Shown here one piece after another: positions 44,992-59,288 of a stretch of DNA of 64,000 nt. The stretch comes from Eledone cirrhosa (Eukaryota). The stretch is taken from positions 218,178,001-218,242,000 of the forward strand of contig OZ024741.1 of assembly GCA_964016885.1 (NCBI GenBank), read 5' to 3'. A program made the position numbers and the translations under genes. Below the pieces are notes generated by a model, which saw nothing but the letters and a program-made list of their open reading frames with translations, searched no databases and had not been told where the DNA came from. Position 1 is the first letter of the stretch. Each line of letters opens with the position of its first letter.

Positions 44992-45081
44992 CAGTAGTAG
45001 TAATAATAGTAGTAATAGTAGTAGTGGTGGTGGTGTCGGTAGTAGTAATATCAGCAGTAGTAATAGCAGTAGTAGTAGTAC

Positions 45082-45142
<61 letters not shown>
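44686..45142. repeat. (GTA/GTG)n trinucleotide repeat
   Basis: Direct. Confidence 0.95.
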
Positions 45143-45143
<1 letters not shown>

Positions 45144-45393
45144 AAGAAAAAAAAACATTAATAGGATAATGTGTAGAGTATATGAATAATACAATATATA
45201 CACGTACCTGTATATATGTACATGTATATATACGCGTTTATATATATTGCAATCTATCTACCTAATCTCTCTTTCCTTCCCTCCCCCTCTCTGTTTTCTG
45301 TATATATATATATATATATATGCAAACATATGCATACATAGATACATACATATATACATGCATACATACATACACACATATATACATACACGC

Positions 45394-45436
<43 letters not shown>

Positions 45437-45563
45437 AAGTTATATTTAAATTGTTGGGTTACAACTAGTAAATATTTATAACTGATATAAAAGCACTCGA
45501 CAAATATTTGGAGTATATTTACAATATTAAATAAATGGAAAACTATATTTATAAAACCATATC

Positions 45564-45629
45564 TATTTCATTATATATATTTCGGGGATATCATATTAAC
45601 AATATGCTATGCCTTCATCAGACAAAATA
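45564..45629 (-). ncRNA. Type I hammerhead ribozyme (minimal, Penelope-type)
   Basis: Reverse-complement copy of 45766-45831. Confidence 0.75.
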
Positions 45630-45765
45630 CAATATAAACAGTTTTATAGATAAATATATTCGACATACCGTAATAAACATCAACTTCATTTGAAGAGGTT
45701 TACGCTAGCAGTCAAATGAAGTTGATGTTTATTACGGTATGTCGAATATAAAACTGTTTATATTG

Positions 45766-45831
45766 TATTTTGTCTGATGAAGGCATAGCATATTGTTAAT
45801 ATGATATCCCCGAAATATATATAATGAAATA
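45766..45831 (+). ncRNA. Type I hammerhead ribozyme (minimal, Penelope-type)
   Basis: tattttgt-CTGATGA-stem II-GAAA-tatata-TA-atgaaata; stem I pairs over 8 nt including G-U. Confidence 0.75.
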
Positions 45832-45869
45832 GATATGGTTTTATAAATATAGTTTTCCATTTATTTAAT

Positions 45870-45909
<40 letters not shown>

Positions 45910-46049
45910 TATAGACACACATATATATATACACATATATATGCACACACATAAACACATGCAAACATGAATGCAAACATACATACATACAAACATATAT
46001 CTCTGTACAGATGTATGGTATGTATATAATATATATGCATGAATACAAT

Positions 46050-46148
46050 ACACACATACATATATACATACATACATAATACATACATACATACATACAT
46101 ACATGCATACATACATACATACACACACATATACATACATACATACAT

Positions 46149-46179
<31 letters not shown>

Positions 46180-46202
46180 TACATACATACATACATACAC
46201 AC

Positions 46203-46235
<33 letters not shown>

Positions 46236-46240
46236 TACAT

Positions 46241-46273
<33 letters not shown>

Positions 46274-46424
46274 TACATACATACACACATACATACATAC
46301 ATACATACATACATACACACATACGTACATACATACATACATACATACACACATACATACATACATACATACATACATACATACACACACACACATACAT
46401 ACATACATACATACATACATACAT

Positions 46425-46455
<31 letters not shown>

Positions 46456-46578
46456 TACATACATACATACATACATACACACACATACATACACACACAC
46501 ATACATACATACATACATACATACACACATACATACACACATACATACACACATACATACACACATACATACATACAC

Positions 46579-46606
<28 letters not shown>
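46050..46606. repeat. (CATA)n/(CA)n compound microsatellite
   Basis: Direct. Confidence 0.95.
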
Positions 46607-46609
<3 letters not shown>

Positions 46610-46717
46610 GAGATATGTGAGAGAAAATGTGACAATTAATTCTGTCTATAGAGGGGACTAAGATGTGGAAATGTGCAATAAATATTATAATGTGAGCGTC
46701 ACAGCCATCGTCAACAG

Positions 46718-48398
46718 TAACACCTCCACCACCTCCACCACCTCCACCACCACCACGGCTAATACCTCCACCACCACCACTGTTAATACCACCAGTACCA
46801 CCACTACCAACACCACCACCACCAGCACCACCACTACCAACACCACCACCACCAACACCACCACCTCCACCACCACCACGGCTAATACCTCCACCACCAC
46901 CACTGTTAATACCACCAGTACCACCACTACCAACACCACCACCACCAGTACCACCACTACCAACACCACCACCACCAACACCACCACCTCCACCACCACC
47001 ACGGCTAATACCTCCACCACCACCACTGTTAATACCACCAGTACCACCACTACCACCACCACCACCACCAGTACCACCACTACCAACACCACCACCACCA
47101 ACACCACCACCTCCACCACCACCACGGCTAATACCTCCACCACCACCACTGTTAATACCACCAGTACCACCACTACCACCACCACCACCACCAGCACCAC
47201 CACTACCAACACCACCACCACCAACACCACCACCTCCACCACCACCACGGCTAATACCTCCACCACCACCACTGTTAATACCACCAGTACCACCACTACC
47301 AACACCACCACCACCAGTACCACCACCGCCATCACCACTACTGCTAATACCACCACCACCGCCATCACCACTACTGCTAATACCACCACTACCAACACCA
47401 CCACCACCAGTACCACCACCGCCATCACCACTACTGCTAATACCACCACCACCGCCATCACCACTACTGCTAATACCACCAGTACCACCACCACCAACAT
47501 CACCACCACCAGTACCACCACCACTGTTAATACTACCACCACCAGTACCACCACTACTGTTAATACCACCACCACCACCATCACCACTACTGCTAATACC
47601 ACCAGTACCACCGCCACCAACACCACCACCACCAGTACCGCCACCACTGCTAATACCACCAGTACCACCACCACCAACACCACCACCACCAGTACAACCA
47701 CCACCACCACCACCACCACCACCACCACCACCACCACCAACACCACCACCACCAGTACCACCACCACTGTTAATACCACCACCACCACCATCATCACTAC
47801 TGCTAATACCACCAGTACCACCACCACTGTTAATACCACCACCACCACCATCATCACTACTGCTAATACCACCAGTACCACCACCACCACCAGTACCACC
47901 ACCACTGTTAATACCACCACCACCACCATCATCACTACTGCTAATACCACCAGTACCACCACCACCACCAGTACCACCACCAGTACCACCACCACTGCTA
48001 ATACCACCACCACCATCACCACTACTGCTAATACCACGAGTACCACCACCACCAACACCACCACCGCCATCACCACTACTGCTAATACCACCACCACCGC
48101 CATCACCACTACTGCTAATACCACCACTACCAACACCACCACCACCAGTACCACCACCGCCATCACCACTACTGCTAATACCACCACCACCATCACCACT
48201 ACTGCTAATACCACCAGTACCACCACCACCAACACCACCACCACCAGTACCGCCACCACTGCTAATACCACCAGTACCACCACCACTACCATCAACAACA
48301 GTAACACCACCAACACCGCTAATATCACCAGCACCACCACTACCACTAGTACCCTCCGTGCCACCACCACCACCACCACCACCACCATTACTAACACC

Positions 48399-48402
<4 letters not shown>
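46718..48402. repeat. (ACC)-based minisatellite with a 123 bp higher-order repeat in its 5' third
   Basis: gctaatacctcc at 46758, 46881, 47004, 47127 and 47250. Confidence 0.92.
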
Positions 48403-48450
<48 letters not shown>

Positions 48451-48504
48451 AATCATTGTTAGAGACAGACGGCTTTAATAAAGAGACGTTTTAGTCATAT
48501 ACAT

Positions 48505-48688
48505 CATTTGTTATTCATGACAATATATATAGGCAATATATACCCCACATCTAAACATACATATTTGTTATTCATGACAATATATATAGGCAATATATAC
48601 CCCACATCTAAACATACATATTTGTTATTCATGACAATATATATAGGCAATATATACCCCATATCTAAACATACATATTTGTTATTCA
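48505..48688. repeat. 57 bp tandem repeat, about 3 copies
   Basis: atttgttattcatgacaatatatataggcaatatatacccc repeated. Confidence 0.9.
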
Positions 48689-48890
48689 CATCAATACCGT
48701 TCAGCTGAATTGACCAATAGAACACAGCCCAATACTAGTGTCTGTTGGTGTTTTAATACAACTTTCACCTTAATACAGTTATGAAGAGATGGATGGATAT
48801 ATGTATACATATATGTATGTAGACTGATAGGCATTTAGGTATATATACAACTTCCTCCCCCTCCCCCTCTCTCTCTCTCTCTCTCTCTCT

Positions 48891-50925
48891 AGAAAAGAAC
48901 TCACAGCCTTCTTTAAAGGCTTCAACCTCTCTATACAGGTTGAGGCCAATCTCTCGGTCGTGAATTACCTCGACGTTACCCTCAATTTATTGAATGGGTT
49001 GTATTACCCGTATAGAAAGCCGAATGATACGCTTAATTACATAAGTAAGCATTCCAACCATCCTGCCAGCATAACCAAGAACCTGGTAAGAAACGTTTCG
49101 TTGAGGCTTTCCCGTCTATCTACTAACGAGCATATTTTCAACGACCATTCCACTTATTACAATGAAGCTCTTGCTCGAAGTGGATTTGTCGATAAGGTAG
49201 CCTATACAGAGTACGAAAATAGACCTAGAAGAAATAGATCCCGTCGCATTTGTTGGTATAACCCACCATATAATATGGAGGTGGCCACACCATTAGCTAA
49301 GATCTTTCTTTCCCTTATTACGAAGCATTTTCCCCCTACACATAAATATAGTAAAATTTTTAATAGAAATACTATTAAAATTTCTTACTCTACGACTTGC
49401 ACATAACATCACAGCTTCAAATTTAGCTAAACTACCTAGCCGTAGGAATACGTGCAGCCCTGTAGTTAGTACTAACTGTAATTGTAGGAATCGGGTTGAT
49501 TGCCCCCTATCCGGGAAATGCCTCTCTAGTAACATTGTCTACAAATGTAAGGTTGTAACACCCACGTCCCGTAGGGCCTACATAGGGTTAACCGCCAATA
49601 GATTCAAGCAGCGTCTTTACATGCATACCCATTCTTTTCGATACCCTCTAAGAAGGAATATGACGTCACTTTCAGCTTATATCTGGAGTCTAAAAGACAA
49701 CCACACCCAATATAAGTTACACTGGGAGATCCTAGCTAGGGCTAGATCGTATAACGGAAATAAAAGACCATGTGACCTCTGCGCCGCTGAGGCCCTGGAA
49801 ATACTCTACGCCACAGACCACATCTTAAACAAAAAATCTGAGGCAATTTCAGCTTGTAAACATAAATTGCACAAAACTTTCCTGTATTACAGCCCCACGT
49901 TATACCCTAACGTATAGTACGATCTATACGTGGATATTTTACGTCTTGATGTGGGAGCTAAGTATATGTTTTGTTTATGCCATTACTTATTTGCATAGGT
50001 AAGTATATATTACCCGTATGTTTTGTGAAGGTACGTATACCTTCTCGTACGTATATTTGATTGTTTATGTGATGGCGTATAATTTTTATATATTCTGGTA
50101 CATATGGTTTGGCTATGTGTATACGGGAGTTTTGCGTCTGTGTGAGTATGCAGGTTCGTACGTATGTAGGGTGTGTGTATATTTGTACTTCATGTTTTGG
50201 TTGACTTACGTCTCCGTACATTCGTGTATTTACATGTAGGAATGTGTGTGCGCTTGTTATATACGTATTTATTTATTTATATACATTTATATAATTATTT
50301 ATTTATTTGTATACACGCATACACACACACACATATTTATATGTGCGTGGTTTTGTATACCTATGGTAAGTGTTTTGCGTATGCTTGTGTATGTACGTAT
50401 TTGTTTGCGGGTATGTATTTATTTATTTCTATTACTTCTGTATTGTATTTATTTACTTTGTTCTTAACTCTGTAGCGGAGGTTCATTCGGTCTCCTAGTT
50501 AGAATTTTAGTCTACGACTTCTGCTATACCATTTACGTGGTTTTGTCTTTGCGTGCTATTGTTCGCCACGCTCCACATATGACGTATTATCTTCGTTTTT
50601 TCGTTCATTGCCAGAGAACGTCTCTATGAACCACCTAAGAGAACATTAGTCTACGACCTCTTTTATACCATAAACGTGGTTCTGTCTTTGCGCGTAATTG
50701 TTTTTCACCGCTCCTATTAATGACGTATTATATTCGTTTTTTCCCGTTCTTTGCCAGCGAACGTCACCATGAACCAAAGTATCGTCTTCCTGTCTTCCTC
50801 CGGTTGCAACGTTTTTTGAAATATCCACTTCTGCGTTTACAGATTGACTTTGTTAGTTTCAGAAGATCCCGTTAAGGGTGAAAGCAGCGATTCTTTGCTT
50901 AAACTTTAATCTGTTATTTTAATAT
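48891..50925 (+). mobile_element. Penelope-like element (Naiad-like, inferred), 5'-truncated: RT thumb + GIY-YIG + 3'UTR/pLTR
   Basis: NYLDVTL, YRKPN, WYNPPY, CNCRNRVDCPLSGKCL, NIVY..AYIGLT, CDLC; ORF ends at 49917. Confidence 0.85.
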
Positions 50926-51011
50926 ATATATACTATCCGGGAGCTTCCAACAGAAATGGTCGCATTCTTTAAGGGTATGTCAATATTTATTTATAAAACT
51001 GATCTATATTA

Positions 51012-51076
51012 TATTTTATCTGATGAAAGCACACCATAATTTAACTTGGTGTCCTTGAAATCTGTATAATGAAATA
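51012..51076 (+). ncRNA. Hammerhead ribozyme-like motif in a pLTR fragment (family of 45766)
   Basis: tattttat-CTGATGA-(acacca/tggtgt stem II)-GAAA-tctgta-TA-atgaaata. Confidence 0.65.
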
Positions 51077-51107
51077 AATATGGTTTTATAAATATAGTTT
51101 CCATTTG

Positions 51108-51465
<358 letters not shown>

Positions 51466-51497
51466 ATATATATATATATATCTTTATATATATATAT

Positions 51498-51528
<31 letters not shown>

Positions 51529-52171
51529 GAGAGAGATTCTTGATTTCTTCAACTATTTTACGGTTAAAACCAAGCGTTGTGGAAGCTTTACAGAAAACAA
51601 ATACATTTCCAAATTTCATTCTTACTTTACACTTCATTGCTATTTCATTTGTTTATATCCTGGGTTAAAAGATAACATCTGTAAATAGACGGATAAGAAT
51701 GGCAGCATCCCATTGGTGCAGTGTTTATCCCGGCCTTCCGTTATACGGCAAGTGTGACGTCCAATTTCTCTAGACGGTTCTGTCCACTTTTTCAGTCCCA
51801 AAGATCCGTGATTTGTAGTTAAAATTATATGTTGTGGTAGCTTTGCAACAAGCAAAGCATATTTCCATTGCTCACCTCGCTGCCGTTTCATTTCTGTAGT
51901 AATTCTTTACATTGCACATTTAATCTTTTATTCGTCTTAAAATATTTATTGAACGATGTTATAGAATTTCCTACTTAAAGATAACATATTTTATAGTCTA
52001 AGAGGGTGAGCTGATGCTAGAGTTGTGAAATCTTGCATGCATTAATTTCATCTCTTTTTATTAATAACTACATTGTTTCTTTCCAGAAAATATGTTGAAA
52101 AGTATATCTCATTTGGTCATTCCATGAGAGTATCTTGGTTAGCCTCTGAACTTTTCAGCCAAACTCGTATA

Positions 52172-53825
52172 TCTATCTATATCCTTATAAAAAGGAAGTT
52201 TGCACGTTGAATGTTAATAACACGAAATAAAATTGCTAATAATTAAGGTTTTTCGTGTGTTTTCATCTAATCTGACCTTCAACAAGATCACTGTTGACTT
52301 TCTTTCCGATAACAGAATGGGTGGGAGCTAGTTGGGGGCGATTTTCCTGCTCTTTTTAGCACGTTGATACTGTCTGTTCGTTTGTCATGTATTTATATAT
52401 GTATAAAAGGGAAGTTTGTAGGTTGACCACTAATAAGACAGAATAAAATTGGTTTGGTAATAATCAAGGTTTTTCGTGTCTTTCCAGCTAATATTAACTC
52501 CAACATACCCGCAATCGATTTATTCTCCGAAAACAGAATGGGGTGATCCTCGGATTTTCCCAGCCTCGGAGATTTCTTCTATAGGATTTTTTTTCTAGGT
52601 TTTTTTTTCCTTTGTTTTTCACTCGCCAATGACTCCAGTTTCTGAAAATGGAGCCATGAAGTTGGAGTTTCCTCTGAGTTACAGATAAACACTTCTCAGT
52701 CGTTTAAATTGATAAAAAAAGCACCCGTTGGGGATCGTGAAGAAATTTGTTTTCTTAGGTTTTTTCGTGTTTTCAACTAATCTAACCTCCGACATGCATG
52801 CAATCGCCTTCTTTTCCAAAAACGGAATTTGGGGGAAGACCTACAGATTCTCCCAGTCTCGGAGATTTCTTCAGTACAAATAACAGCGGCGGGAAGGGAG
52901 GGGATAAACGAAGTTAGGGAGAAGCACCTCTCAGCTGTACTGTCGTGGAAAGCGTTGTAAACTTAATTAATTAAGTGTTCCCCAGTTTACAAATCCACCA
53001 TTCCAATGAGGAGTGGCTGTGTGAAAGAGCAATCCTTGCCCCCCAAAAAACACCACAGTGAAGGTCATCAATAAAATCTCCCCACAAATGATTCCTAGAG
53101 GTAGCCAGACCTATAAATATATCGACAAAGTTGTCAACGAGGACAATGCTCTCCATTATCCCGTTGAATTTCTCAACAATCTGGAACTGTCGGTATGCTG
53201 CCACACGATCTTGAATTGAAGAAGGGCACAGTCACCATGCTTCTCAGAAACCAGGGTCAGCCATAATTGTGTAATGGGATGCGTATGGTTGTGACTGAAC
53301 TACATCCTAACATTATCGAAGTCAAAATCCTCTCTGGATGTGGTAAAGGAGACATCGCATTTATAGCTAGAATACCTCTAATACTCCTTTCGTTTCTAAT
53401 GATTTCAATTCCCAGTGAGAATGAGTTATGCAACGACCATTTACAAATCCCAAGGCCAAACCCTGCAGGTTGTCAATCTAGGGGCTATTTCTAACATGGT
53501 CCATTATATATAGATTATTGCGAACTAGGAAAACGCCACAAACTCTTCATACATGGTCCAAAGAAAAAAATGTTACAAACATTGTATATACTGAAGTTCT
53601 GTAAATGTTTTATAATTTTCGTGGAATACATTTTTCTGTTATTTTCTTTATTACTTTCTGTATTTACATATTCTGAATAAATTTTTCAAAGTTATGTTAT
53701 TCAATATTTAAATACCTTTTAACATCTTTTATTTCAAGGAAAAGTGGCATTACGATAGATGCTAACAGGTGTCTTATGGAAGTAAGCACAGTACAGACCA
53801 GGGTGAAGGCCGGGAGGCCGTTAGT
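52172..53825 (+). mobile_element. Non-autonomous Helitron with a Pif1-like helicase remnant
   Basis: 52974-53604 encodes WLCERAILAP, LKKGTVTMLLRN, LCNGMRMVV, IARIPL, QFPVRMSYATTIYKSQGQTL; TC-start and GC-rich 3' end near ccgttagt. Confidence 0.8.
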
Positions 53826-53861
53826 ATATATATAATTATATATATATATAGTGCCGCCTAT

Positions 53862-53981
<120 letters not shown>

Positions 53982-54102
53982 AGGTGAGTTTTATTGTAGT
54001 ACAATAAAGCAATGCAGATATCGGATAAGAAGCACTCTACAGTTTGTAGGACTGGAGTATGCATAATATAAGATCAAAAGATGGTTAAAGGAGTTCCATG
54101 TA

Positions 54103-54169
54103 TTTTATTATGCGCATTTCAAAAACAAACATCATCATGCAATAATATTTGTGTTTTCATCAGATAAAA
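54103..54169 (-). ncRNA. Type I hammerhead ribozyme (minimal)
   Basis: Reverse complement: ttttat-CTGATGA-long stem II-GAAA-tgcgca-TA-ataaaa; intact core, palindromic stem III. Confidence 0.8.
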
Positions 54170-54436
54170 CAGGAGAACATGATATGAAGGCTAAAAAACA
54201 CTTGTGGATAGTGCAGTTTTAAATCAACATATGAAAAGTGGTTTTAGATTGATGTGTGATATTGGGAAAAATATTTTATTTAGGGAGGGGGGGGGGAAGG
54301 ATGAAAAAGGGGACGAGATGAGAGGGAGAGATGGGTGATAGAGAGAAAGAGATAGTTTTTATAACTGAGAGGAGATATATTGTTTTACATAGAGAGGTTG
54401 AAAACCGTTGGAAGATAGTGTATAAATTAAAAAAAA

Positions 54437-54522
54437 AATTTGAAAATTAACGAAGGGAGGATATGTGCGAGGAAAAAATATTTTTCCTCGCACATATCCT
54501 CCCTTCGTTAATTTTCAAATTT
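54437..54522. repeat. About 85 bp palindrome
   Basis: ttgaaaattaacgaagggaggatatgtgcgaggaaaaa followed by its reverse complement. Confidence 0.9.
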
Positions 54523-54544
54523 TCCTTTAACCATCTTTTGATCT

Positions 54545-54628
<84 letters not shown>

Positions 54629-55041
54629 TGGTCGGGTCGTCGACGACTAAACTGGCAACCCTACCAAGCTTGCTTGGTAAGGAGGGTGATATTTGGACAC
54701 CCTGTAGGATGAAATACAAGACCCGGCAGGGCGGAGGAACTCAGCAAAGTCAACTGCCATCTAACTAGTACTTTTTTCCCCACGTGGGAGTGAAAGGGCC
54801 CAGTTGTTGTCACAACACCTTTCTAAAAGTGGGAAACTCTGAAAAAAACCAAAAAAACCTGCAGCTTCAGAAGCATCCGATGATGTTGATAAGTTCTCTT
54901 TTTCGGGTAGTGTTTTGGATGCTCAGAGAGTGGGATTGGTCTAGTGTGAGGCCTTTCCACACTTAAAAAACCTTCAAAGTTCAGGCATTGTTTGTTCAGG
55001 ATTTGTTATAAGCGATTGCAATACTCTTAGCAGAGTTTGCA

Positions 55042-55079
<38 letters not shown>

Positions 55080-55091
55080 CATATATATACG

Positions 55092-55125
<34 letters not shown>

Positions 55126-55409
55126 CCCTCTCTCCCTCTCCCCCCTCTCTCCCTCTCTCTCTCTAACTCTCTCTAAAAGTACTTCCATAAATAAGTTTAT
55201 ATATACTCTATACGTTGTTAATATTATCAACACTGAGTCAATTTAGCTCCCTCTATAATTAATCTCTAGAACTAAACTCATAAATTTCCTCTCACAAAAC
55301 CATCAACTTTTATAATTACAACCATTTAACGATCTAACTTCCACTTTATCTCCCCTGTCTCTTTTACTTTATTTAATTTGACATTGAATGTTCTTTTCTC
55401 ACTTTAAGA

Positions 55410-56145
55410 CCGGCTGTAGCAAAGAGTTATGGCTCTTTATGGTCTGAGTTCAAATCCCGCCGAGGTTAACTTTGCCTTTCATCCTTACGGGGCCGATAAA
55501 ATAAAGTACCAGTAATGCACTGGGATAATTGCCGGCCTTGTGCCAAAAGTAGAAATAATTATTATTACTACGATATAATAATGTCGATCTTAAAGAGAGA
55601 ATGGATTGGCAGTATCGGTAGAAGGTCGGACGCCTTGCTTTGCAGCATAGTTACGCCCCTTTGCGGTCTGAGTTCAAATCCCACCGAGGTTAACTTTGCC
55701 TTTCATCCTTACGGGGTCGATAAAGTACCAGTCACGCACTGGGGTAATTGCTGGCCTTGTGCCAAAACGTAGAAACAATTATTATTACTACGATATATAA
55801 GGGCAGTGGATTGGCAGTGTCGGTAGGGCGTCGGACAACATGCTTTGCAGTATAGAGTCATGTCACTTTACGTTTTAAGTTAGAAAAACCAACCCTGGTT
55901 GGCTTTGCCTTTCATCCTTACGGGGTCGATAAATAAAGTACCAGTAACGTTTTCCTCTTTGTGTATAAATGAGAAACCATTATTGCAACATATAGCACAG
56001 TGGATTGGCAGAATCGTTACAGCGTCAGACAAATTGCTCTGCGGCAATTTGTCCTGGTTACGGTTCTTAACGTTCTCAGTTCAAATCCCGCCGAGGGCAA
56101 CTTTGCCTTTTATAGTTCCTAGGTAGATAAAATAAAGTGCCAGCA
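55410..56145 (+). mobile_element. Four tandem copies of the ATT-tailed SINE
   Basis: Core ctttgcctttcatccttacgggg at about 55470, 55695, 55903 and 56101. Confidence 0.85.
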
Positions 56146-56165
56146 TGTTTATTATATATATATAT

Positions 56166-56196
56166 ACTAGCATAATGACCCGGCGCTGCTCGGGAT
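56166..56196 (-). mobile_element. Helitron-type 3' terminus
   Basis: Reverse complement cccgagcagcgccggg hairpin followed by CTAG|T. Confidence 0.55.
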
Positions 56197-56337
56197 TTGC
56201 TCTAGGGTTCTTATATATTTGATATATATTTACCCTTATCGAGCCTCTTGAAATAAATACGTTTGTTTATAATTTGTTATTGTGTATGCAAAAATATCTG
56301 TACACGAATATATAATTATATATATATATATATCAAA

Positions 56338-58752
56338 GGAATTCCAGCTGATTTACTCGTTTTATTTACAATCTTTTTAAATTATAATGATATTATAACG
56401 AAATAGTATGGTAGAATATTAAATGTTGAGTGTTAATTGAACAAGTATTTTCATGCTTTCGCAATCTGAATACTACAAAGATTTGGTTGAGGAACAACTG
56501 AAAGACAACACATTCTATCATGAAATACCGTAAAACATCTTGAAGAAGATCAACAACGTGGCTTCAAAATGCTACAACTCACTTATTGATAAGGAAAGAG
56601 ACTACATCACCAATGTTGAGCTAAAACCCAGGACCTTTTATGGCCTACCGAAAGTTCATAAGTCAAAAGAAATCCAACTGGCAGTAAAAGAACAAAAAAG
56701 TGAGTACATTAAATTACTACACCCAAAAGACTTAAAACTTAAACCTATTATAGCTGGTCCAACATGCCCTACCCACCGTCTAAGCAATTTTGTTGACATT
56801 ATTTTGAAACCACTATGTATTCCCATACCCAGTTTCATCCGGGATGATATCGACTTCCTGTCCCATCTTCCCCAAACCACGGAAACGAATTCACTTCTAC
56901 TTAATTTTGATGTGGTAAGCCTTTACACCAACATTACACATACTTTAGGAATAAAGGCGGTTAAATACTGGGTGGAAAAACATAGAGAAGTAATTCCCAC
57001 CAGATTCACAGCGCCATTTATATTAGACGCAGTCAAACCTATTCTGGAAAACAACATTTTCTTCTTCAATGGAAAGAATTACATCCAAATTAGAGGCACA
57101 GCAATAGGAACGAAGTTTGCTCCCGTTTACACGAACTCTGTAATGGGATACTGAGTACAACAACTCTACCAAGAAATAGAGGAAAAATATAGCACTGACT
57201 TTAGAAAGTACATTGAAAAGTCTTGGAAGAGATACCTTGACGACTGTTTCATCATCTGGACAGAATCTCTAGATACTCTGGATGAGTTCAATATCCTCCT
57301 GAATAACCTACACCCATCTCTCCAATTCACAAAAGAGATGAGTAGTACCAAATTGCCATTCCTAGATATCCGAATTTTAAGTCGCGTCATCCACATCATA
57401 CAAAACGCAACATCCCATACTGCCTAGCCAGAATAATTGGTACCATTGTAGAAGATACGAATACCAGGTACAAACGCCTAACAGAACTGAGAGAATTTTT
57501 GCTCAAACAAAAATACCCATCTCTACTTATAGAAAATGGCATACAGCGGGCTATACAAATACCTATACAACAACTTAGGACAAGCCAAGGAAGAAGAAAC
57601 CAAGAACTGGTCATACCATGTCACCAGAATATCTTCAACACTGCCAAAGCAAACCTACCGATCATTGCTCAAAGTAATGAATTAAAAGGCTTAATCACAG
57701 ACCGATCTTTGACTTTTAGTAAAAGACAGCCGAAACATTTGAAGCAATTACTAACAAAGGCAAAGTTTGACCTTAACAACAAAGACCAATCATTCACTGT
57801 ATCTAAATGCAATGATAGTCGATGTGGAACATATCAATCCATACACACTGGTCAATATATGAACACGAAAACTGGAAAAATATTCCCAAATACAAATATG
57901 AACTGCAAAAGCAGAAATCTAATTTATTGCATTAAATGCCCGAATTGTGAAGAACTATATGTCGGTCAAACTGGAAATGCACTATCGGAACTTGCTCGGG
58001 TGCACCGACAGCAAATCAGAGATACAAATGTCCGTCAGATACCCCTGAGTAACCATCTAGCAACATGTGGTCAGAAAATATTTATATTTCCATTCTACAA
58101 ATTACACAGCCCAAGTGAAATCAAGAGAAAAATTAAAGAAAAGAATTTTATAGATAAATTCCAACCCAAGCTAAATGAACAATAATAATGCTTAGGGGTA
58201 TTACTCCTACTATGACTACGCCTACGACCATGTCGACTACCACCACTAACAACAACAACAACAATAATAATAATAAACAACAACAATAATAATAATAAAA
58301 GTGATGTTGATGATTACTGAAGACTTTTTATAAAAACCATAGAAAATGCTATTTTCATCATTTCTAAAAATAGCAAAACAATTGATGCTTTGGATAGGGT
58401 CAAATATAAGTCGTTAGGCATACTCAACCAACCTTGACGCCTAAACCAATCAGCTTTAGTAATCCAGTGAAACCACACACCGATTGGTCGAAATATAGTT
58501 TACGAAATTTAGCATTCTGTAGCCGCTTTTCACTGTATATAAGGTACACAATTTACCCATCTCATTACAGTTGAAAATTGCAAACTTGACTGTCACCACA
58601 GAATATGTACCTGAAGATTGCGAAAGCATGAAAGTACTTGTTCAATTAACACTCAACATTTAATATTCTACCATACTATTTCATTATAATATCATTAGAA
58701 TTTTAAAGGATTGTAAATAAAACGAGTAAATCAGCCAAAGTTGGAATTCCTT
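56338..58752 (+). mobile_element. Penelope-like element (Neptune-type), degenerate, with inverted 5' pLTR piece
   Basis: FYGLPKVHK, FDVVSLY, GTAIGTKFAP, RYLDD, NLIY..LYVGQT; 56338-56466 is the reverse complement of 58616-58750. Confidence 0.92.
58603..58647 (+). ncRNA. Hammerhead ribozyme-like motif in pLTR
   Basis: CTGAAGA-t-tgcgaaagca-t-GAAA-gtac-TT; weak stem I. Confidence 0.55.
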
Positions 58753-58829
58753 TTATTAATATAATCTTCTATACACAATCATACACACCCGTGTCTATTA
58801 ATTTATATATATATATATATATATATTAT

Positions 58830-58863
<34 letters not shown>

Positions 58864-58864
58864 G

Positions 58865-59203
<339 letters not shown>

Positions 59204-59230
59204 GGCGTGTGGCTGAGTGGTTAGAGAATT

Positions 59231-59288
<58 letters not shown>

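Larger units (their letters stand above)
45523..45872. repeat. Inverted duplication of a Penelope-type pLTR end
   Basis: Arms about 45523-45692 and 45712-45872 are reverse complements. Confidence 0.85.

Noticed and set aside
44644-46639. Poly-Ser/Val and MYVC/HTYI ORFs
   Set aside because: Microsatellite artefacts.
48505-48688. CRISPR-like periodicity
   Set aside because: Plain tandem repeat without unique spacers, in a eukaryotic context with no cas genes.
49400-49917. Selenocysteine recoding as reported for some Naiad elements
   Set aside because: Cys positions read are TGT/TGC; no in-frame TGA was seen there.
52974-53604. Host PIF1 helicase gene
   Set aside because: Fragmented, intronless, and embedded in Helitron-like termini.
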